64,000 nucleotides of DNA from the human T2T-CHM13v2.0 reference genome, Homo sapiens, in NCBI RefSeq assembly GCF_009914755.1, contig NC_060925.1, one strand, 5' to 3'. Within the stretch, counting starts at the first letter, position 1. Every line of letters begins with the position of its first letter. The position numbers and the translations under genes were made by a program. Below the pieces are notes generated by a model. That model saw nothing but the letters and a program-made list of their open reading frames with translations, did not search any database and had not been told where the DNA came from. Below are positions 41,601 to 56,300 of the stretch, one piece after another.

Positions 41601-44600
41601 TCATCATCGAATGGAATCGAATGGTATCATTGAATGGAATCGAATGGAATCATCATCAGATGGAAAGGAATGGAATCGTCATAGAATGGAATCGAATGGA
41701 TTCATTGAATGGAATCAGATGGAATCATCGAATGGACTGGAATGGAATCATTGAATGGACTCGAAAGGGATCATGATTGAATGGAATTGAATGGAATCAT
41801 CGAATGGTCTCGATTGGAATCATTATCAAATGGAATCGAATGGAATCACCGAATAGAATCGAATGGAACAATCATCGAATGGACTCAAATGGAATTATCC
41901 TCCAATGGAATCGAATGGAATTATCGAATGCAATCGAATGGAATTATCGAATGCAATCGAATAGAATCATCGAATGGACTCGAATGGAATCATCGAATGG
42001 AATGGAATGGAACAGTCAATGAACTCGAATGGAATCATCATTGAATGGAATCGAATGGAATCATCGAGTGGAATCGAATGGAATTATGATCAAATGGAAT
42101 CGAATGTAATCATCATCAAATGGAATCAAAAATAACCATCATCAATTGGTATTGAATGGAATTGTCATCAAATGGAATTCAAAGGAATCATCATCAAATG
42201 GAACCGAATGGAATCCTCATTGAATGGAAATGAAAGGGGTCATCATCTAATGGAATCGCATGGAATCATCATCAAATGGAATCGAACGGAATCATCATCA
42301 AATGGAATCTAATGGAATCATTGAACAGAATTGAATGGAATCGTCATCGAATGAATTGAATGCAATCATCGAATGGTCTCGAATGGAATCATCTTCTAAT
42401 GGAAAGGAATGGAATCATCGCATAGAATCGAATGGAATTATCATCGAATGGAATCGAATGGTATCAACACCAAACGGAAAAAAACGGAATTATCGAATGG
42501 AATCGAAGAGAATCTTCGAACGGACCTGAATGGAATCATCTAATGGAATGGAATGGAATAATCCATGGACTCGAATGCAATCATCATCGAATGGAATCGA
42601 ATGGAATCATCGAATGGACTCGAATGGAATAATCATTGAACGGAATCGAATGGAATCATCATCGGATGGAAACGAATGGAATCATCATCGAATGGAAATG
42701 AAAGGAGTCATCATCTAATGGAATTGCATGGAATCATCATAAAATGGAATCGAATGGAATCAACATCAAATGGAATCAAATGGAATCATTGAACGGAATT
42801 GAATGGAATCGTCATCGAATGAATTGACTGCAATCATCGAATGGTCTCGAATGGAATCATCTTCAAATGGAATGGAATGGAATCATCGCATAGAATCGAA
42901 TGGAAGTATCATCGAATGGAATCGAATGGAATCAACATCAAACGGAAAAAAACGGAATTATCGAATGGAATCGAAGAGAATCATCGAATGGACCCGAATG
43001 GAATCATCTAATGGAATGGAATGGAATAATCCATGGACTCGAATGCAATCATCATCGAATGGAATCGAATGGAATCATCGAATGAACTCGAATGGAATCA
43101 TCATTGAATGGAATCGAATGGAATCATCGAGTGGAATCGAATGGAATTATGATCAAATGGAATCGAATGTAATCATCATCAAATGGAATCAAAAATAACC
43201 ATCATCAATTGGTATTGAATGGAATTGTCATCAAAAGGAATTCAAAGGAATCATCATCAAATGGAACCGAATGGAATCCTCATTGAATGGAAATGAATGG
43301 GGTCATCATCTAACGGAATCGCATGGAATCATCATCAAATGGAATCGAATGGAATCATCATCAAATGGAATCTAATGGAATCATTGAACAGAATTGAATG
43401 GAATCGTCATCGAATGAATTGAATGCAATCATCGAATGGTCTCGAATGGAATCATCTTCTAATGGAAAGGAATGGAATCATCGCATAGAATCGAATGGAA
43501 TTATCATCGAATGGAATCGAATGGTATCAACACCAAACGGAAAAAAACGGAATTATCGAATGGAATCGAAGAGAATCTTCGAACGGACCCGAATGGAATC
43601 ATCTAATGGAATGGAATGGAATAATCCATGGACTCGAATGCAATCATCATCGAATGGAATCGAATGGAATCATCGAATGGACTCGAATGGAATAATCATT
43701 GAACGGAAACGAATGGAATCATCATCGGATGGAAATGAATGGAATCATCATCGAATGGAATCGAATAGAATTATGGAATGAAATCCAGTGTGATCATCAT
43801 CGAATGGACCCGAATGGAATCATCATCCAACGGAAGCTAATGGAATCAACATCGAATGAATCGAATGGAAACACCATCGAATTGAAACGAATGGAATTAT
43901 CATGAAATTGAAATGGATGGACTCATCATCGAATGGATTCGAATGGAATCATCGAATAAAATTGATTGAAATCATCATCGAATGGAATCGAATTGTATCA
44001 TTGAATGGAATCGAATGGAATCATCATCAGATGGAAATGAATGGAATCGTCATAGAATGGAATCGAATGGATTCATTGAATGGAATCAGATGGAATCATC
44101 GAATGGACTGGAATGGAATCATTGAATGGACTCAAAAGGGATCATGATTGAATGGAGTTGAATGGAATCATCGAATGGTCTCGATTGGAATCATTATCAA
44201 ATGGAATCGAATGGAATCACCGAATAGAATCGAATGGAACAATCATCGAATGGACTCAAATGGAATTATCCTCCAATGGAATCGAATGGAATTATCGAAT
44301 GCAATCGAATGGAATTATCGAATGCAATCGAATAGAATCATCGAATGGACTCGAATGGAATCATCGAATGGAATGGAATGGAACAGTCAATGAACTCGAA
44401 TGGAATCATCATTGAATGGAATCGAATGGAATCATCGAGTGGAATCGAATGGAATTATGATCAAATGGAATCGAATATAATCATCATCAAATGGAATCAA
44501 AAATAACCATCATCAATTGGTATTGAATGGAATTCTCATCAAATGTAATTCAAAAGAATCATCATCAAATGGAACTGAATGGAATCCTCATTGAATGGAA

Positions 44601-47600
44601 ATGAAAGGGGTCATCATCTAATGGAATCGCATGGAATCATCATCAAATGGAATCGAATGGAATCATCATCAAATGGAATCTGATGGAATCATTGAACAGA
44701 ATTGAATGGAATCGTCATCGAATGAATTGAATGCAATCATCGAATGGTCTCGAATGCAATCACATTCTAATGGAAAGGAATGGAATCATCGCATAGAATC
44801 GAATGGAATTAACATTGAATGGACTCGAATGGAATCAACATCAAACGGAATCAAGCGGAATTATCGAATGGAATCGAAGAGAATCATCGAATGGACTCGA
44901 ATGGAATCATCTTCTAATGGAAAGGAATGGAATCATCGCATAGAATCGAATGGAATTATCATCGAATGGAATCGAATGGTATCAACACCAAACGGAAAAA
45001 AACGGAATTATCGAATGGAATCGAAGAGAATCTTCGAACGGACCCGAATGGAATCATCTAATGGAATGGAATGGAATAATCCATGGACTCGAATGCAATC
45101 ATCATCGAATGGAATCGAATGGAATCATCGAATGGACTCGAATGGAATAATCATTGAACGGAATCGAATGGAATCATCATCGGATGGAAACGAATGGAAT
45201 CATCATCGAATGGAAATGAAAGGAGTCATCATCTAATGGAATTGCATGGAATCATCATAAAATGGAATCGAATGGAATCAACATCAAATGGAATCAAATG
45301 GAATCATTGAACGGAATTGAATGGAATCGTCATCGAATGAATTGACTGCAATCATCGAATGGTCTCGAATGGAATCATCTTCAAATGGAATGGAATGGAA
45401 TCATCGCATAGAATCGAATGGAATTATCATCGAATGGAATCGAATGGAATCAACATCAAACGGAAAAAAACAGAATTATCGTATGGAATCGAAGAGAATC
45501 ATCGAAGGGACCCGAATGGAATCATCTAATGGAATGGAATGGAATAATCCATGGACTCGAATGCAATCATCATCGAATGGAATCGAATGGAATCATCGAA
45601 TGGACTCGAATGGAATAATCATTGAACGGAATCGAATGGAATCATCATCGGATGGAAATGAATGGAATCATCATCGAATGGAATCGAATAGAATTATGGA
45701 ATGAAATCCAGTGTGATCATCATCGAATGGACCCGAATGGAATCATCATCCAACGGAAGCTAATGGAATCAACATCGAATGAATCGAATGGAAACACCAT
45801 CGAATTGAAACGAATGGAATTATCATGAAATTGAAATGGATGGACTCATCATCGAATGGATTCGAATGGAATCATCGAATAAAATTGATTGAAATCATCA
45901 TCCAATGGAATCGAATGGTATCATTGAATGGAATCGAATGGAATCTTCATCAGATGGAAATGAATGGAATCGTCATAGAATGGAATCGAATGGATTCATT
46001 GAATGGAATCAGATGGAATCATCGAATGGACTGGAATGGAATCATTGAATGGACTCGAAAGGGATCATTATTGAATGGAATTGAATGGAATCATCGAATG
46101 GTCTCGATTGGAATCATTATCAAATGGAATCGAATGGAATCACCGAACAGAATCGAATGGAACAATCATCGAATGGACTCAAATGCAATTATCCTCAAAT
46201 GGAATCGAATGGAATTATCGAATGCAATCGAATGGAATTATCGAATGCAATCGAATAGAATCATCGAATGGACTCGAATGGAATCATCGAATGGAATGGA
46301 ATGCAACAGTCAATGAACTCGAATGGAATCATCATTGAAAGGAATCGAATGGAATCATCGAGTGGAATCGAATGGAATTATGATCAAATGGAATCGAATG
46401 TAATCATCATCAAATGGAATCAAAAATAACCATCATCAATTGGTATTGAATGGAATTGTCATCAAATGGAATTCAAAGGAATCATCATCAAATGGAACCG
46501 AATGGAATCCTCATTGAATGGAAATGAAAGGGGTCATCATCTAATGGAATCGCATGGAATCATCATCAAATGGAATCGAATGGAATCATCATCAAATGGT
46601 ATCTAATGGAATCATTGAACAGAATTGAATGGAATCGTCATCGAATGAATTGAATGCAATCATCGAATGGTCTCGAATGGAATCATCTTCTAATGGAAAG
46701 GAATGGAATCATCGCATAGAATCGAATGGAATTATCATCGAATGGAATCGAATGGTATCAACACCAAACGGAAAAAAACGGAATTATCGAATGGAATCGA
46801 AGAGAATCTTCGAACGGACCCGAATGGAATCATCTATTGGAATGGAATGGAATAATCCATGGACTCGAATGCAATCATCATCGAATGGAATCGAATGGAA
46901 TCATCGAATGGACTCGAATGGAATAATCATTGAACGGAATCGAATGGAATCATCATCGGATGGAAACGAATGGAATCATCATCGAATGGAAATGAAAGGA
47001 GTCATCATCTAATGGAATTGCATGGAATCATCATAAAATGGAATCGAATGGAATCAACATCAAATGGAATCAAATGGAATCATTGAACGGAATTGAATGG
47101 AATCGTCATCGAATGAATTGACTGCAATCATCGAATGGTCTCGAATGGAATCATCTTCAAATGGAATGGAATGGAATCATCGCATAGAATCGAATGGAAT
47201 TATCATCGAATGGAATCGAATGGAATCAACATCCAACGGAAAAAAACGGAATTATCGAATGGAATCGAAGAGAATCATCGAATGGACCCGAATGGAATCA
47301 TCTAATGGAATGGAATGGAATAATCCATGGACTCGAATGCAATCATCATCGAATGGAATCGAATGGAATCATCGAATGGACTCGAATGGAATAATCATTG
47401 AACGGAATCGAATGGAATCATCATCGGATGGAAATGAATGGAATCATCATCGAATGGAATCGAATAGAATTATGGAATGAAATCCAGTGTGATCATCATC
47501 GAATGGACCCGAATGGAATCATCATCCAACGGAAGCTAATGGAATCAACATCGAATGAATCAAATGGAAACACCATCGAATTGAAACGAATGGAATTATC

Positions 47601-50600
47601 ATGAAATTGAAATGGATGGACTCATCATCGAATGGATTCGAATGGAATCATCGAATAAAATTGATTGAAATCATCATCGAATGGAATCGAATGGTATCAT
47701 TGAATGGAATCGAATGGAATCATCATCAGATGGAAATGAATGGAATCGTCATAGAATGGAATCGAATGGATTCATTGAATGGAATCAGATGGAATCATCG
47801 AATGGACTGGAATGGAATCATTGAATGGACTCGAAAGGGATCATGATTGAATGGAATTGAATGGAATCATCGAATGGTCTCGATTGGAATCATTATCAAA
47901 TGGAATCGAATGGAATCACCGAATAGAATCGAATGGAACAATCATCGAATGGACTCAAATGGAATTATCCTCAAATGGAATCGAATGGAATTATCGAATG
48001 CAATCGAATGGAATTATCGATTGCAATCGAATAGAATCATCGAATGGACTCGAATGGAATCATCGAATGGAATGGAATGGAACAGTCAATGAACTCGAAT
48101 GGAATCATCATTGAATGGAATCGAATGGAATCATCGAGTGGAATCGAATGGAATTATGATCAAATGGAATCGAATGTAATCATCATCAAATGGAATCAAA
48201 AATAACCATCATCAATTGGTATTGAATGGAATTGTCATCAAATGGAATTCAAAGGAATCATCATCAAATGGAACCGAATGGAATCCTCATTGAATGGAAA
48301 TGAAAGGGGTCATCATCTAATGGAATCGCATGGAATCATCATCTAATGGAATCGAATGGAATCATCATCAAATGGAATCTAATGGAATCATTGAACAGAA
48401 TGGAATGGAATCATCATCGAATGAATTGAATGCAATCATCGAATGGTCTCGAATGGAATCATCTTCTAATGGAAAGGAATGGAATCATCGCATAGAATCG
48501 AATGGAATTATCATCGAATGGAATCGAATGGTATCAACACCAAACGGAAAAAAACGGAATTATCGAATGGAATCGAAGAGAATCTTCGAACGGACCCGAA
48601 TGGAATCATCTAATGGAATGGAATGGAATAATCCATGGACTCGAATGCAATCATCATCGAATGGAATCGAATGGAATCATCGAATGGACTCGAATGGAAT
48701 AATCATTGAACGGAATCGAATGGAATCATCATCGGATGGAAACGAATGGAATCATCATCGAATGGAAATGAAAGGAGTCATCATCTAATGGAATTGCATG
48801 GAATCATCATAAAATGGAATCGAATGGAATCAACATCAAATGGAATCAAATGGAATCATTGAACGGAATTGAATGGAATCGTCATCGAATGAATTGACTG
48901 CAATCATCGAATGGTCTCGAATGGAATCATCTTCAAATGGAATGGAATGGAATCATCGCATAGAATCGAATGGAATTATCATCGAATGGAATCGAATGGA
49001 ATCAACATCCAACGGAAAAAAACGGAATTATCGAATGGAATCGAAGAGAATCATCGAATGGACCCGAATGGAATCATCTAATGGAATGGAATGGAATAAT
49101 CCATGGACTCGAATGCAATCATCATCGAATGGAATCGAATGGAATCATCGAATGGACTCGAATGGAATAATCATTGAACGGAATCGAATGGAATCATCAT
49201 CGGATGGAAATGAATGGAATCATCATCGAATGGAATCGAATAGAATTATGGAATGAAATCCAGTGTGATCATCATCGAATGGACCCGAATGGAATCATCA
49301 TCCAACGGAAGCTAATGGAATCAACATCGAATGAATCAAATGGAAACACCATCGAATTGAAACGAATGGAATTATCATGAAATTGAAATGGATGGACTCA
49401 TCATCGAATGGATTCGAATGGAATCATCGAATAAAATTGATTGAAATCATCATCGAATGGAATCGAATGGTATCATTGAATGGAATCGAATGGAATCATC
49501 ATCAGATGGAAATGAATGGAATCGTCATAAAATGGAATCGAATGGATTCATTGAATGGAATCAGATGGAATCATCGAATGGACTGGAATGGAATCATTGA
49601 ATGGACTCGAAAGGGATCATGATTGAATGGAATTGAATGGAATCATCGAATGGTCTCGATTGGAATCATTATCAAATGGAATCGAATGGAATCACCGAAT
49701 AGAATCGAATGGAACAATCATCGAATGGACTCAAATGGAATTATCCTCAAATGGAATCGAATGGAATTATCGAATGCAATCGAATGGAATTATCGAATGC
49801 AATCGAATAGAATCATCGAATGGACTCGAATGGAATCATCGAATGGAATGGAATGGAACAGTCAATGAACTCGAATGGAATCATCATTGAATGGAATCGA
49901 ATGGAATCATCGAGTGGAATCGAATGGAATTATGATCAAATGGAATCGAATGTAATCATCATCAAATGGAATCAAAAATAACCATCATCAATTGGTATTG
50001 AATGGAATTGTCATCAAATGGAATTCAAAGGAATCATCATCAAATGGAACCGAATGGAATCCTCATTGAATGGAAATGAAAGGGGTCATCATCTAATGGA
50101 ATCGCATGGAATCATCATCAAATGGAATCGAATGGAATCATCATCAAATGGAATCTAATGGAATCATTGAACAGAATTGAATGGAATCGTCATCGAATGA
50201 ATTGAATGCAATCATCGAATGGTCTCGAATGGAATCATCTTCTAATGGAAAGAAATGGAATCATCGCATAGAATCGAATGGAATTATCATCGAATGGAAT
50301 CGAATGGTATCAACACCAAACGGAAAAAAACGGAATTATCGAATGGAATCGAAGAGAATCTTCGAACGGACCCGAATGGAATCATCTAATGGAATGGAAT
50401 GGAATAATCCATGGACTCGAATGCAATCATCATCGAATGGAATCGAATGGAATCATCGAATGGACTCGAATGGAATAATCATTGAACGGAATCGAATGGA
50501 ATCATCATCGGATGGAAACGAATGGAATCAACATCGAATTGAAATGAAAGGAGTCATCATCTAATGGAATTGCATGGAATCATCATAAAATGGAATCGAA

Positions 50601-53399
50601 TGGAATCAACATCAAATGGAATCAAATGGAATCATTGAACGGAATTGAATGGAATCGTCATCGAATGAATTGACTGCAATCATCGAATGGTCTCGAATGG
50701 AATCATCTTCAAATGGAATGGAATGGAATCATCGCATAGAATCGAATGGAATTATCATCGAATGGAATCGAATGGAATCAACATCAAACGGAAAAAAACG
50801 GAATTATCGAATGGAATCGAAGAGAATCATCGAATGGACCCAAATGGAATCATCTAATGGAATGGAATGGAATAATCCATGGACTCGAATGCAATCATCA
50901 TCGAATGGAATCGAATGGAATCATCGAATGAACTCGAATGGAATCATCATTGAATGGAATCGAATGGAATCATCGAGTGGAATCGAATGGAATTATGATC
51001 AAATGGAATCGAATGTAATCATCATCAAATGGAATCAAAAATAACCATCATCAATTGGTATTGAATGGAATTGTCATCAAATGGAATTCAAAGGAATCAT
51101 CATCAAATGGAAACGAATGGAATCCTCATTGAATGGAAATGAAAGGGGTCATCATCTAATGGAATCGCATGGAATCATCATCAAATGGAATCGAATGGAA
51201 TCATCATCAAATGGAATCTAATGGAATCATTGAACAGAATTGAATGGAATCGTCATCGAATGAATTGAATGCAATCATCGAATGGTCTCGAATGGAATCA
51301 TCTTCTAATGGAAAGGAATGGAATCATCGCATAGAATCGAATGGAATTATCATCGAATGGAATCGAATGGTATCAACACCAAACGGAAAAAAACGGAATT
51401 ATCGAATGGAATCGAAGAGAATCTTCGAACGGACCCGAATGGAATCATCTAATGGAATGGAATGGAATAATCCATGGACTCGAATGCAATCATCATCGAA
51501 TGGAATCGAATGGAATCATCGAATGGACTCGAATGGAATAATCATTGAACGGAATCGAATGGAATCATCATCGGATGGAAACGAATGGAATCATCATCGA
51601 ATGGAAATGAAAGGAGTCATCATCTAATGGAATTGCATGGAATCATCATAAAATGGAATCGAATGGAATCAACATCAAATGGAATCAAATGGAATCATTG
51701 AACGGAATTGAATGGAATCGTCATCGAATGAATTGACTGCAATCATCGAATGGTCTCGAATGGAATCATCTTCAAATGGAATGGAATGGAATCATCGCAT
51801 AGAATCGAATGGAATTATCATCGAATGGAATCGAATGGAATCAACATCAAACGGAAAAAAACGGAATTATCGAATGGAATCGAAGAGAATCATCGAATGG
51901 ACCCGAATGGAATCATCTAATGGAATGGAATGGAATAATCCATGGACTCGAATGCAATCATCATCGAATGGAATCGAATGGAATCATCGAATGGACTCGA
52001 ATGGAATAATCATTGAACGGAATCGAATGGAATCATCATCGGATGGAAATGAATGGAATCATCATCGAATGGAATCGAATAGAATTATGGAATGAAATCC
52101 AGTGTGATCATCATCGAATGGACCCGAATGGAATCATCATCCAACGGAAGCTAATGGAATCAACATCGAATGAATCAAATGGAAACACCATCGAATTGAA
52201 ACGAATGGAATTATCATGAAATTGAAATGGATGGACTCATCATCGAATGGATTCGAATGGAATCATCGAATAAAATTGATTGAAATCATCATCGAATGGA
52301 ATCGAATGGTATCATTGAATGGAATCGAATGGAATCATCATCAGATGGAAATGAATGGAATCGTCATAGAATGGAATCGAATGGATTCATTGAATGGAAT
52401 CAGATGGAATCATCGAATGGACTGGAATGGAATCATTGAATGGACTCGAAAGGGATCATGATTGAATGGAATTGAATGGAATCATCGAATGGTCTCGATT
52501 GGAATCATTATCAAATGGAATCGAATGGAATCACCGAATAGAATCGAATGGAACAATCATCGAATGGACTCAAATGGAATTATCCTCAAATGGAATCGAA
52601 TGGAATTATCGAATGCAATCGAATGGAATTATCGAATGCAATCGAATAGAATCATCGAATGGACTCGAATGGAATCATCGAATGGAATGGAATGGAACAG
52701 TCAATGAACTCGAATGGAATCATCATTGAATGGAATCGAATGGAATCATCGAGTGGAATCGAATGGAATTATGATCAAATGGAATCGAATGTAATCATCA
52801 TCAAATGGAATCAAAAATAACCATCATCAATTGGTATTGAATGGAATTGTCATCAAATGGAATTCAAAGGAATCATCATCAAATGGAACCGAATGGAATC
52901 CTCATTGAATGGAAATGAAAGGGGTCATCATCTAATGGAATCGCATGGAATCATCATCAAATGGAATCGAATGGAATCATCATCAAATGGAATCTAATGG
53001 AATCATTGAACAGAATTGAATGGAATCGTCATCGAATGAATTGAATGCAATCATCGAATGGTCTCGAATGGAATCATCTTCTAATGGAAAGGAATGGAAT
53101 CATCGCATAGAATCGAATGGAATTATCATCGAATGGAATCGAATGGTATCAACACCAAACGGAAAAAAACGGAATTATCGAATGGAATCGAAGAGAATCT
53201 TCGAACGGACCCGAATGGAATCATCTAATGGAATGGAATGGAATAATCCATGGACTCGAATGCAATCATCATCGAATGGAATCGAATGGAATCATCGAAT
53301 GGACTCGAATGGAATAATCATTGAACGGAATCGAATGGAATCATCATCGGATGGAAACGAATGGAATCAACATCGAATTGAAATGAAAGGAGTCATCAT

Positions 53400-56300
53400 C
53401 TAATGGAATTGCATGGAATCATCATAAAATGGAATCGAATGGAATCAACATCAAATGGAATCAAATGGAATCATTGAACGGAATTGAATGGAATCGTCAT
53501 CGAATGAATTGACTGCAATCATCGAATGGTCTCGAATGGAATCATCTTCAAATGGAATGGAATGGAATCATCGCATAGAATCGAATGGAATTATCATCGA
53601 ATGGAATCGAATGGAATCAACATCAAACGGAAAAAAACGGAATTATCGAATGGAATCGAAGAGAATCATCGAATGGACCCAAATGGAATCATCTAATGGA
53701 ATGGAATGGAATAATCCATGGACTCGAATGCAATCATCATCGAATGGAATCGAATGGAATCATCGAATGAACTCGAATGGAATCATCATTGAATGGAATC
53801 GAATGGAATCATCGAGTGGAATCGAATGGAATTATGATCAAATGGAATCGAATGTAATCATCATCAAATGGAATCAAAAATAACCATCATCAATTGGTAT
53901 TGAATGGAATTGTCATCAAATGGAATTCAAAGGAATCATCATCAAATGGAACCGAATGGAATCCTCATTGAATGGAAATGAAAGGGGTCATCATCTAATG
54001 GAATCGCATGGAATCATCATCAAATGGAATCGAATGGAATCATCATCAAATGGAATCTAATGGAATCATTGAACAGAATTGAATGGAATCGTCATCGAAT
54101 GAATTGAATGCAATCATCGAATGGTCTCGAATGGAATCATCTTCTAATGGAAAGGAATGGAATCATCGCATAGAATCGAATGGAATTATCATCGAATGGA
54201 ATCGAATGGTATCAACACCAAACGGAAAAAAACGGAATTATCGAATGGAATCGAAGAGAATCTTCGAACGGACCCGAATGGAATCATCTAATGGAATGGA
54301 ATGGAATAATCCATGGACTCGAATGCAATCATCATCAAATGGAATCGAATGGAATCATCGAATGGACTCGAATGGAATAATCATTGAACGGAATCGAATG
54401 GAATCATCATCGGATGGAAACGAATGGAATCATCATCGAATGGAAATGAAAGGAGTCATCATCTAATGGAAATGCATGGAATCATCATAAAATGGAATCG
54501 AATGGAATCAACATCAAATGGAATCAAATGGAATCATTGAACGGAATTGAATGGAATCGTCATCGAATGAATTGAATGCAATCATCGAATGGTCTCGAAT
54601 GGAATCATCTTCAAATGGAATGGAATGGAATCATCACATAGAATCGAATGGAATTATCATCGAATGGAATCGAATGGAATCAACATCAAACGGAAAAAAA
54701 CGGAATTATCGAATGGAATCGAAGAGAATCATCGAATGGACCCGAATGGAATCATCTAATGGAATGGAATGGAATAATCCATGGACTCGAATGCAATCAT
54801 CATCGAATGGAATCGAATGGAATCATCGAATGGACTCGAATGGAATAATCATTGAACGGAAACGAATGGAATCATCATCGGATGGAAATGAATGGAATCA
54901 TCATCGAATAGAATCGAATAGAATTATGGAATGAAATCCAGTGTGATCATCATCGAATGGACCCGAATGGAATCATCATCCAACGGAAGCTAATGGAATC
55001 AACATCGAATGAATCGAATGGAAACACCATCGAATTGAAACGAATGGAATTATCATGAAATTGAAATGGATGGACTCATCATCGAATGGATTCGAATGGA
55101 ATCATCGAATAAAATTGATTGAAATCATCATCGAATGGAATCGAATGGTATCATTGAATGGAATCGAATGGAATCATCATCAGATGGAAATGAATGGAAT
55201 CGTCATAGAATGGAATCGAATGGATTCATTGAATGGAATCAGATGGAATCATCGAATGGACTGGAATGGAATCATTGAATGGACTCGAAAGGGATCATGA
55301 TTGAATGGAATTTAATGGAATCATCGAATGGTCTCGATTGGAATCATTATCAAATGGAATCGAATGGAATCACCGAATAGAATCGAATGGAACAATCATC
55401 GAATGGACTCAAATGGAATTATCCTCAAATGGAATCGAATGGAATTATCGAATGCAATCGAATGGAATTATCGATTGCAATCGAATAGAATCATCGAATG
55501 GACTCGAATGGAATCATCGAATGGAATGGAATGGAACAGTCAATGAACTCGAATGGAATCATCATTGAATGGAATCGAATGGAATCATCGAGTGGAATCG
55601 AATGGAATTATGATCAAATGGAATCGAATGTAATCATCATCAAATGGAATCAAAAATAACCATCATCAATTGGTATTGAATGGAATTGTCATCAAATGGA
55701 ATTCAAAGGAATCATCATCAAATGGAACCGAATGGAATCCTCATTGAATGGAAATGAAAGGGGTCATCATCTAATGGAATCGCATGGAATCATCATCAAA
55801 TGGAATCGAATGGAATCATCATCAAATGGAATCTAATGGAATCATTGAACAGAATTGAATGGAATGGTCATCGAATGAATTGAATGCAATCATCGAATGG
55901 TCTCGAATGGAATCATCTTCTAATGGAAAGGAATGGAATCATCGCATAGAATCGAATGGAATTATCATCGAATGGAATCGAATGGTATCAACACCAAACG
56001 GAAAAAAACGGAATTATCGAATGGAATCGAAGAGAATCTTCGAACGGACCCGAATGGAATCATCTAATGGAATGGAATGGAATAATCCATGGACTCGAAT
56101 GCAATCATCATCGAATGGAATCGAATGGAATCATCGAATGGACTCGAATGGAATAATCATTGAACGGAATCGAATGGAATCATCATCGGATGGAAACGAA
56201 TGGAATCATCATCGAATGGAAATGAAAGGAGTCATCATCTAATGGAATTGCATGGAATCATCATAAAATGGAATCGAATGGAATCAACATCAAATGGAAT

